DNA of 32,000 nt, taken from NCBI RefSeq assembly GCF_003945235.1, contig NZ_RSDW01000001.1, positions 3,660,001-3,692,000 of the forward strand, written 5' to 3'. Made by a program: the position numbers and the translations under genes. The notes under the pieces are model-generated. The model did no database searches. It was not told where the DNA came from and was given only the letters and a program-made list of their open reading frames with translations. This stretch comes from Edaphobacter aggregans. GTDB taxonomy: Bacteria > Acidobacteriota > Terriglobia > Terriglobales > Acidobacteriaceae. Shown in pieces: positions 1-6,766 of this stretch (its first letter is position 1; each line of letters opens with the position of its first letter).

Positions 1-79
1 CGGCTGGTCCTGCACCGGCAATGAATACGTCGGATTCCGTGATGGCTGAAGGTCGATTTGCGAGATGGCTAACGTTCAT
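1..79 (-). CDS. FAD/NAD(P)-binding oxidoreductase, N-terminal fragment (gene runs off the left edge)
   Basis: The reverse complement of 1..79 reads ATG AAC GTT AGC ..., giving MNVSHLANRPSAITESDVFIAGAGPA(G). DVFIAGAGPAG is a classic GxGxxG dinucleotide-binding fingerprint at the N-terminus of flavoprotein monooxygenases/reductases. Only 26 codons are visible. Confidence 0.45.
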   Translation of the reverse strand, partial: MNVSHLANRPSAITESDVFIAGAGPA

Positions 80-179
80 CCGACCTGTTCTCGAGGATAT
101 TCAGCGAAAATTTTTGACAGCGCAACGGATGTAGTACAGGAGCTCAACATTGCAGTTTGACCCTAAGGAGTAGGAAATA

Positions 180-190
180 GGAAGCGTTCC
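180..190. promoter_or_regulatory. third copy of the GGAAGCGTTCC motif, upstream of the flavoprotein gene
   Basis: The exact 11-mer GGAAGCGTTCC lies in the 283-bp gap between the PKS stop and the flavoprotein start, 101 nt upstream of the ATG at 79. Confidence 0.3.
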
Positions 191-361
191 GACGCAAAGA
201 TACTGAAAAAAGACAAGATGCTTACATAACGGAGACGCAGTCATGCTTTACCGCGCGAATAAGTCGTCGGTGGGTGAGCAGAACGATATTTGGCTGGAAC
301 TGCCGCGGTGTAGTTCGAGGCTTACGCCAGAAGTCAGACGCGCCGGCAAATGCCGGCTTCT

Positions 362-1438
362 TCACCACTGAAGGAGGACGAGTTCGGAGCAGAAGGCCGG
401 GCCCATGGCGGCGAGGATGCTGTAACAGCCAGGGGTTCCGGGGTGGTTGAGGAGGTAGTCCTCCATGACGGCGAGGACGGAGGCGGCGGATAGATTGCCA
501 ACCTCGCGGAGGCTCTTCCATGAGGGAGCGAGAGCGTTGGGCGGAAGGTTGAGGGTGTTCTCCATAGCTTCGAGAACTTTGGGGCCGCCGCTGTGGAAGA
601 TGTAGCTGCAGATGCGGTCCATGGAGAGATTGTTGTCGCTGAGGAAGGCTTCGACGTCACCGCGGAGATTCTCGTTGACGACTTTGGGGACTTCTGGGGA
701 GAGGACGATCTTGAAGCCGGTGTCGGTGATGTCCCAGCCCATGATGCGCTCGGTGTTGCGGTAGAAGGTGGAGCGAGTAGAGACGACGCGAGGCGCGGGC
801 TGCTCGATGCTGGTGGGGCGCTTGCCTAGAGGGGTGTCGGCCCCGGCCATGATGACGGCAGCGGCGCCGTCGCCGAAGAGGCCGCAGGAGATGAGGTTGG
901 CGATGGACTGGTCATCGTCCTGCCAGGTGAGGGAACAAAGCTCGACGGAGAGCAAGAGGACATATTGGTCCGGGAAGGCGCGGACGTAGTCGGCGGCACG
1001 GGCAATGCCTGCTGCTCCAGCGACGCAGCCAAGGCCGAAGATCGGCGTGCGCTTGACGTTGACGGGGAAGGGCATCCGGTTGATGAGACGTGCATCGACG
1101 GTGGGGCTGGAGATGCCGGTGACAGAGGCGAAGAAGATGGCGGAGATGTCGGCGGCGGTGAGGCCTACGCGTTCGAGGGCAGTGGTGATGGCTTGCTCGC
1201 CGAGGTCGACGGCGGCTTTGATCCAGGCGTCGTTGGTCTTGGTGAAGGTGTCGAGGGTGGGGTAGGTCTCGAGGGGGAAGACGATGTTGCGGAACTCGAC
1301 ACCGCAGTTGGCGTGGAGGCGGTTGAGGAGCCGGGGCTCCTCCATTTTGTGCTGCCAGCGATTTCGGAGGGCCTCGGTGATGACTGCCTGTGGATAGCGA
1401 TGGGGCGGATATGCCGTGCCGACAGAGGCGATGCGCAT
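362..1438 (-). CDS. type III polyketide synthase (chalcone/stilbene synthase family)
   Basis: 358-codon ORF with ATG at 1438. All three active-site contexts are present: Cys in FGLGCVAGAAG, His in IFHSGGPKVL, Asn in VGNLSAASVL. The many overlapping ORFs in other frames are shadows of this very GC-rich gene. Confidence 0.9.
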   Translation of the reverse strand: MRIASVGTAYPPHRYPQAVITEALRNRWQHKMEEPRLLNRLHANCGVEFRNIVFPLETYPTLDTFTKTNDAWIKAAVDLGEQAITTALERVGLTAADISAIFFASVTGISSPTVDARLINRMPFPVNVKRTPIFGLGCVAGAAGIARAADYVRAFPDQYVLLLSVELCSLTWQDDDQSIANLISCGLFGDGAAAVIMAGADTPLGKRPTSIEQPAPRVVSTRSTFYRNTERIMGWDITDTGFKIVLSPEVPKVVNENLRGDVEAFLSDNNLSMDRICSYIFHSGGPKVLEAMENTLNLPPNALAPSWKSLREVGNLSAASVLAVMEDYLLNHPGTPGCYSILAAMGPAFCSELVLLQW

Positions 1439-1580
1439 GCTTATGAGGACCCTTTTCGATTACGTGAAGATAAATTGCATTTACCACAGCCAGCCAATCG
1501 TGATCGGCCAGGGAGTGCATCCAGCGTACACGCTGAGTTGAATTTGGTGTGGGATATCTAGTGGGCGGGTGAGAAGAAGG

Positions 1581-2459
1581 CTAATGGATGCGTGAGAGCT
1601 CCTGGGCGTAGAGGGTGTTTTGGGGGTATTCCTTTGAGAGAGCGGTGAGGATGTCGCGGGCTTCCTGGGGGCGGTTGTCGCGGAGGGCGGCGACGGCGAG
1701 CATCATGCGGGCGAAGGGGGCGAGGTAGTGGCCCTTCTCGGCGGTGAGGTGAAGGAGACGGAGACCCTCTTCGCGGCTGGTGGAGGCCCCAGAGAAGCTG
1801 AGAAGCCAGCGGAGGGGTGCCCATTTGAGGCTGAGCATGTAGTTTTCGACGCCGCTGGCAAGGTGGGCGTCGTAGAGGGTAGGGTCGGCGGCGAGGGCCT
1901 GTTTGGAGTACGCGCTGGCCTCCTTGCTGTAGTTCAGGGCGGCGAGGTCGCGCTTTTCGATCATGAGGGCGTAGTCGGAGCGCATGCCGGAGACGAGGGT
2001 TTTGACATAGAGAGCGTTGGCGTCTTTGGGGTTGCGCTGGAGAGCGGTGTCGGCGAGGCGGCTGGCTTGATCGGTGCGGTCGTCGAAGTGCTTGCGGACG
2101 ATCGGGTCGGGAGTGAGGCGGTCGCGGTTGTCGAAACGGCTCTGATCGGCGAAGAGTTGTACGTCGATGACATGGAGGCGGTTAAACTCGCCGAATAGCC
2201 AGGCGGCGGCGTCGGAGACTGGGCCCATGGGGTCAGCGGGGTTGGAGGTCATCCACTGCTCAAATTTGAGGTGAGCGTCCAGGAATTGGAGGTTGTACAT
2301 GTCGTGGTAACCGTCGTTGAGTGGGTTACCGGTGAGTGGGGACGCGGGGAATGCAGCGGTGGTCGCAAGGAGAAGAAGCAACAGGAGAATCGGAGTGTAA
2401 CGGCGGCGGGTGGATTTTGCTTTCAACTGTGAGGAGATGACATGTACCTCTACTGACAT
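1581..2459 (-). CDS. secreted or membrane-anchored helical-repeat protein, function unknown
   Basis: 292-codon ORF with ATG at 2459. A basic n-region (KAKSTRRR) is followed by the hydrophobic core ILLLLLLLATTAAF, which is a signal peptide or signal anchor. The rest is helix-rich with TPR-like spacing. No family recognised. Confidence 0.6.
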   Translation of the reverse strand: MSVEVHVISSQLKAKSTRRRYTPILLLLLLLATTAAFPASPLTGNPLNDGYHDMYNLQFLDAHLKFEQWMTSNPADPMGPVSDAAAWLFGEFNRLHVIDVQLFADQSRFDNRDRLTPDPIVRKHFDDRTDQASRLADTALQRNPKDANALYVKTLVSGMRSDYALMIEKRDLAALNYSKEASAYSKQALAADPTLYDAHLASGVENYMLSLKWAPLRWLLSFSGASTSREEGLRLLHLTAEKGHYLAPFARMMLAVAALRDNRPQEARDILTALSKEYPQNTLYAQELSRIH

Positions 2460-2893
2460 TGTTGTCCCTTATATCGTATCGCTGCGTGGGGACTGGTCCC
2501 CATGTTAAGACTCGGAAGCGCGGACTTTGGGTGACCGACCTCCTTCTCTTGAGATTCCAGAGTGAGAGTGGGGGCTGTACCCCTTCCGTTGCTATGAGAC
2601 CCATGTTTTTGGAACTGCTGCTTGCAAAGCCTTGCAGGTTTTTATACGGGATGGGAGGCAAATTATTGATTCTATTGCGCTGTATTTTGGTGCTCCAGTT
2701 GCTTACTGAGGTGGGTGAGAAAACTTGGAGCAAATGTGGGATCCCTTTGCGGGATTTTTACGAGCGACAAGTGCTTTGCCATGAGCTTTATGCGTCTGGC
2801 GCTGCAGTAAATGCTCCGTCCGACGTGGAACGACTGAGGCCGGGAGGTTGCCGGGAGCGGCCTTCTAGCGCTTAGGTTACATGGAATCTTTTG

Positions 2894-2923
2894 GTCGCCA
2901 GGTTTCCTGGCGACTTTCGTTTT
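2894..2923. terminator. GC-rich hairpin with a T-run on the + side
   Basis: GTCGCCAGG (2894..2902) pairs perfectly with CCTGGCGAC (2906..2914) and is followed by TTTCGTTTT (2915..2923). The T-run is on the + strand, although the nearest gene end (epimerase stop at 2997) is on the - strand. It may act bidirectionally or end an unannotated + transcript. Confidence 0.4.
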
Positions 2924-2996
2924 AAATTGAGGGTTCTGGAGGGAAGTCCTGGCATTCATCGGGCTTTACTGGTTTAACCGATCCGCCCTGCAGGGA

Positions 2997-3974
2997 TCAC
3001 CCTTGGGTCGTCACGGCAACGGCTTGTTTTTTGACTTTTTCTTCCAAATACCAGGCTACTGTCTTCCGTAGACCCTCGTGAAACTGCGCCTTGGGCTGAT
3101 AGCCAAGTTCCTTGGTGGCACGGCTGATATCCGCAAGCGAGTGCTTGATGTCGCCCTCCCGGGGAGGGCCATAGTTTGGCTTGCTGGAGAAGCCGATCTG
3201 ATCGGCGATGGCAGCATAAACATCATTCAGGGTGTGGCTCTTTCCTGTACCAACATTGAAGACGCGACCGGTGGCCACCTCGCTCGGAGCCACGCAGGCC
3301 AGTAAATTGGCGCTGACGGCATTGTCTATGAAGTTGAAGTCACGGCTGGTGAGACCGTCACCGAAGATGGTGGGGGTTTCGCCGGCCATCATCTTGTAGG
3401 TGAACTGGGCGATCACTCCAGAGTAGGGTGAGTCCGCGGCCTGGCGGGGGCCGAAGATGTTGAAGTAGCGGAGACAGATTCCCTCTAACCCATATGCCCG
3501 ATAGAAAGACTGGATGTAGTACTCACATGTGAGTTTCTGTACTGCGTAAGGCGAAAGAGGGCGGGGCAACATGTCTTCCTGCTTGGGCTGCGTGGGTTGG
3601 TCTCCGTAGGCTGAGGAGGATGCCGCGTACACGATGCGGCGAACACGCGCGTCGCGTGCGGCGAGGAGCAGGTTCAGGGTTCCGTTTATGTTGGACTCAT
3701 GCGAGGTGACAGGGTCCTTCACGGAGCGTGGAACGGACGCGAGGGCTCCCTGGTGGAGAATGTAGTCAATGCCTTCACAGGCAGACTTCAGCCCGGCGGC
3801 GTCTCGTAGATCCATTTGCTGGAACGAAATTGCATCTCGAATGTCGGCGAGATTATCAAGGTTTCCTGTCGAGAGATTGTCGATCCCTTGTACGTAGTGT
3901 CCCTGGTCAACGAGAGTATGGGCCAGAGAGGACCCGATAAATCCTGCGATTCCTGTAATCAGATAACGAGCCAT
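2997..3974 (-). CDS. NAD-dependent extended-SDR nucleotide-sugar 4-epimerase (WbpP/TviC-like; UDP-GlcNAc or UDP-GlcNAcA 4-epimerase)
   Basis: The ORF track gives 2997..4052. The ATG at 3974 is preceded by GGAGGG (3979..3984) and places the Rossmann motif ITGIAGFIGS at residues 5-14, as expected for SDR epimerases. The catalytic YxxxK is YAVQK. GIDNLSTGNLDNL resembles the WbpP/TviC subgroup. Confidence 0.85.
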   Translation of the reverse strand: MARYLITGIAGFIGSSLAHTLVDQGHYVQGIDNLSTGNLDNLADIRDAISFQQMDLRDAAGLKSACEGIDYILHQGALASVPRSVKDPVTSHESNINGTLNLLLAARDARVRRIVYAASSSAYGDQPTQPKQEDMLPRPLSPYAVQKLTCEYYIQSFYRAYGLEGICLRYFNIFGPRQAADSPYSGVIAQFTYKMMAGETPTIFGDGLTSRDFNFIDNAVSANLLACVAPSEVATGRVFNVGTGKSHTLNDVYAAIADQIGFSSKPNYGPPREGDIKHSLADISRATKELGYQPKAQFHEGLRKTVAWYLEEKVKKQAVAVTTQG

Positions 3975-4028
3975 CGATCCCTCCACCCGAAGTCGTTCGC
4001 TGGGGTGTAACAAAAATTGTGTTGCATC

Positions 4029-4067
4029 GGAAGCGTTCCCATTTAGCGACACCCGACGAAGCGTTCC
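4029..4067. promoter_or_regulatory. two direct copies of GAAGCGTTCC in the divergent epimerase/dehydrogenase promoter region (candidate operator)
   Basis: GGAAGCGTTCC at 4029..4039 and GAAGCGTTCC at 4058..4067, 55-95 nt upstream of the epimerase ATG at 3974. The arms GGAA/TTCC form a dyad around GCG. Confidence 0.3.
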
Positions 4068-4354
4068 AATGCGAATTCAGCAGTCAGTGTAAGCATCAAG
4101 TGTTTCTGGCGAAGCCGGTCGGGTCGATGCAACTTTTGTGCAGTTCGCCGCAGATAGTGCCACGTCCAACCTGACCCGACGCCATAAAAGATACGTGCTT
4201 AAATACTATATTCAACCTTATTGCGAGAGGCATCCCTCTGCGTTTTCGATAGGGGACTACAACGGATCAAAATGGGTTATGCCTGGCGATTATCAGCCCA
4301 GATGCGGCCTCAAGAAAAACACAACAGCAACAGACTGGATGCGATAATCCAGAC

Positions 4355-5722
4355 ATGCTGACTACAAACCAAGTCGTCCTACCGAAGATTGCCCAGGAGC
4401 GCCTCAAGCGTCTCGAGAGCCGCACAGCCAAAATCGGAGTCATTGGGCTCGGATATGTTGGGCTGCCGCTTTCACTGCTTCTTTCTGAGGCTGGTTTCAA
4501 AGTAACGGGCTTCGACATTGATACCAATAAGGTGACGGATCTGGAAGCCGGTCGATCCTATATTTTCCGCATTCCGCAAGAGGAGATTCAGGGGGCGCGG
4601 CAACATGGGTTTACGGCGACGACGGACTTTTCCCATCTGTCGGATCAGGACGCCATCATTATGTGCGTTCCCACGCCGTTGACGGAGCACCGGGAGCCGG
4701 ACCTGAGCTACGTGGAAAATACGACCAGGGCCGCGGCGCCGTGGATTCAAGAGGGCCAACTGGTCGTGCTCGAAAGTACGACTTACCCCGGGACGACGGA
4801 AGAATTGATGATTCCGATTCTGGAAGCTGAGAATTTGCATGGGCTGAAAGTTCAGGGCAAGGGCACGGCGGCAGAACAAGGAGTCTTCTATGTGGCCTTT
4901 TCTCCGGAACGAGAAGATCCGGGCAATGTAACCGTAGCGAGACACAATATTCCGAAGGTCGTCGGCGGCCATGAAGAGATAGCGACCGAGCTTGCCGCAG
5001 TGTTGTATGAAGGGATATTTACACGGTCTGTCCGGGTGTCTTCGACGCGTGTGGCCGAGATGACCAAACTGCTCGAGAACATCTACCGGTGCGTGAACAT
5101 CGCGTTGGTGAATGAGCTGAAGCTGCTTTCGTTGCGCATGGGTGTGGACATATGGGAGGTCATTGATGCAGCTTCGACTAAGCCCTTTGGTTTTCATCCT
5201 TTCTATCCTGGGCCAGGGCTTGGCGGGCATTGCATTCCGATCGATCCTTTTTATCTGAGTTGGAAGGCGAAGGAATATGACTTCAATACGCGGTTCATTG
5301 AGTTGGCTGGAGAAGTCAACGAGTCAATGCCGGCCCATGTGGTGCAATATGTAGCGAAGGGGCTCAACGAGCACAAGAAGGCCGTTAACGGTTCAAAGAT
5401 TTTGATGCTCGGAATGGCCTACAAAAAGGACATCGACGATTTGCGCGAATCTCCTTCGCTTACGGTGATCGAATTGTTGCGTGAACAAGGTGCTGAGGTT
5501 CTCTACAACGACCCCTACTTCCCGACGGTTGGCAGAGGGCGACACTACAACCTCAATATGACCTGTACGCCGTTGGAGGATCTCGAACAATACGACTGCG
5601 TTCTGATCATGACGGATCACTCCGACTACGACTACGAAGATATTGTCAGCCATTCGCAGTTAGTAGTGGATTCACGTAATGCAACGAAAGGGATTCAGTC
5701 TGGTAAGATCGTTCGCTGTTAG
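4355..5722 (+). CDS. UDP-N-acetyl-hexosamine 6-dehydrogenase family (WbpO/TviB/WecC/Cap5O-like nucleotide-sugar dehydrogenase)
   Basis: 455-codon ORF with N-terminal Rossmann KIGVIGLGYVGLPLS. The catalytic Cys context GGHCIPIDP is typical of the UDP-GlcNAc/ManNAc dehydrogenase branch rather than Ugd. It is divergent from the epimerase. Confidence 0.88.
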   Translation: MLTTNQVVLPKIAQERLKRLESRTAKIGVIGLGYVGLPLSLLLSEAGFKVTGFDIDTNKVTDLEAGRSYIFRIPQEEIQGARQHGFTATTDFSHLSDQDAIIMCVPTPLTEHREPDLSYVENTTRAAAPWIQEGQLVVLESTTYPGTTEELMIPILEAENLHGLKVQGKGTAAEQGVFYVAFSPEREDPGNVTVARHNIPKVVGGHEEIATELAAVLYEGIFTRSVRVSSTRVAEMTKLLENIYRCVNIALVNELKLLSLRMGVDIWEVIDAASTKPFGFHPFYPGPGLGGHCIPIDPFYLSWKAKEYDFNTRFIELAGEVNESMPAHVVQYVAKGLNEHKKAVNGSKILMLGMAYKKDIDDLRESPSLTVIELLREQGAEVLYNDPYFPTVGRGRHYNLNMTCTPLEDLEQYDCVLIMTDHSDYDYEDIVSHSQLVVDSRNATKGIQSGKIVRC

Positions 5723-5761
5723 GCAAGCTGGCGATGTGAAGGAAAGGTATTGGGTGGGATA

Positions 5762-5791
5762 GCAGAAGCAAGGGGAGACCCCTGCTTCTGC
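5762..5791 (+). terminator. stem-loop 40 nt downstream of the dehydrogenase stop
   Basis: GCAGAAGCAAGGGG (5762..5775), loop AGA, then CCCCTGCTTCTGC (5779..5791). This gives 13 bp with one bulged A. It is followed by GCTTTAGC, which is only a weak T tract. Confidence 0.45.
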
Positions 5792-6766
5792 GCTTTAGCA
5801 AGTAGGTTTGTAGGTGGCGGTAAAAAAGAAAACGTCACCCTATGGAAAACTAAGTCGAATTCTTGTCCTCGTCATATATGGCGCTGGACGAGATCGTTCT
5901 TTGCGATACGTGCCGGATTCTTGCGGTTCGAGACCTGAACTAAACCACATAAAAAATTGCACCTGTGTTCATTTTTCAACAGACGATGGAACGGGGATCA
6001 CATCTAGGCGTCGCCGTCCTATCTGTTGCGTGATTAAGAATGAGCGGTAACTAGCAGAGAATCAATCTTTAGCTAAGGCGAGCATAACGACTAACTTACG
6101 AGTTTTTAACGGTGTTGTATTTAATAAAAATGCCTCTGTGGTTGCGGCTGAGGAGCGAACGCCGGAAATTTATCCAGCATTTAATTGCGAGGAGAACAAT
6201 ATTGGTGTGATGTGATATAAGAAACGAGTAACCTTTCCAAACGATCGCCACTGAGTTGTGTTGTGGCTGTTTTTTTACTCTGCCGGTTCTGATGACTTTT
6301 AGGAGATCTGCTCGCTAGAGCTATCTTTTCTCAGGAAGGCATGAGTATTTGTTCGATATGTCAGTGTTAACCTCCCCAAAAGTAATCCCCATCACAAAAC
6401 AAATAAGGGCATCAGGCGAGATGCTGGGCCTCTGCTTCTGTCTTGACTTGAGACGCATGTGAGACCAGCCGCCTATAGTGTCGGACTAGTTCCCTACCAC
6501 CAAAGTGGGATGTCCAACTCCATAGGAGGCATAGTTTTGCACTGCAAGTAACGCTAGGCTCCTAACTTAGATTTACCTAAACCTGGTATCTCAGGAACTG
6601 CTTAGTCGTGTCTTATCGCGGTGTAACACTCTGGCGCCTTTGCCACCTTGTGATGAGTTAGGTAACCCATAAGTTGCACTCAAACCTACTCATATAACTA
6701 CAATGGCGGCCGATTTTAGCTGTAAGTCTTATCTAAGACGCAGGGCCACGAAGTATTTCCACCGGC

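Noticed and set aside
342-357. Palindromic hairpin GCCGGC AAAT GCCGGC just downstream of the PKS stop, as a terminator.
   Set aside because: The stem is only 6 bp and has no U tract on the - strand. It is mentioned under the PKS finding but not called as a feature.
222-1561. Many long ORFs overlapping the PKS gene in other frames and strands (e.g. 334..660, 912..1520, 965..1561).
   Set aside because: Their products are Pro/Arg/Ala/Gly-rich low-complexity sequences typical of shadow ORFs in very GC-rich coding DNA. The PKS frame has clear family motifs.
2459-2875. A 138-codon ORF (and overlapping ORFs 2326..2733 and 2672..2959) in the spacer between the secreted-protein and epimerase genes.
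   Set aside because: It has a TTG start without an SD, the mutually overlapping frames conflict, and the composition (L/R/C-rich) is not protein-like. It is kept only as context for the orphan-terminator finding.
4472-5230. A 252-codon ORF antisense to the nucleotide-sugar dehydrogenase.
   Set aside because: It is fully contained within a gene with unambiguous homology motifs. The product is Arg-rich and not protein-like.
6247-6277. GCCAC...GTGGC followed by TGTTTTTTT, which looks like an intrinsic terminator in the AT-rich region.
   Set aside because: The stem is only 5 bp, and no upstream transcript or gene would use it.
6341-6370. A mini-ORF ATG AGT ATT TGT TCG ATA TGT CAG TGT TAA (MSICSICQC) in the AT-rich region, considered as a Cys-rich leader peptide upstream of Cys-rich proteins.
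   Set aside because: Nine codons cannot be distinguished from chance. The GGAAGG sits only 2 nt from the ATG, and the ORF lies about 400 nt from the downstream gene start.
6674-6704. Promoter-like hexamers TTGCAC (6674..6679) with TATAAC (6693..6698) or TACAAT (6699..6704) upstream of the large lipoprotein gene.
   Set aside because: Spacings of 13 and 19 nt are outside the optimal 16-18 nt range, so this is not enough to call a promoter.
5723-6766. Possible riboswitch (c-di-GMP GEMM type) or tRNA/tmRNA in the ORF-free region.
   Set aside because: I could not find the conserved GEMM strings or a T-arm/acceptor arrangement by eye. This needs a covariance-model scan and is not a firm negative.
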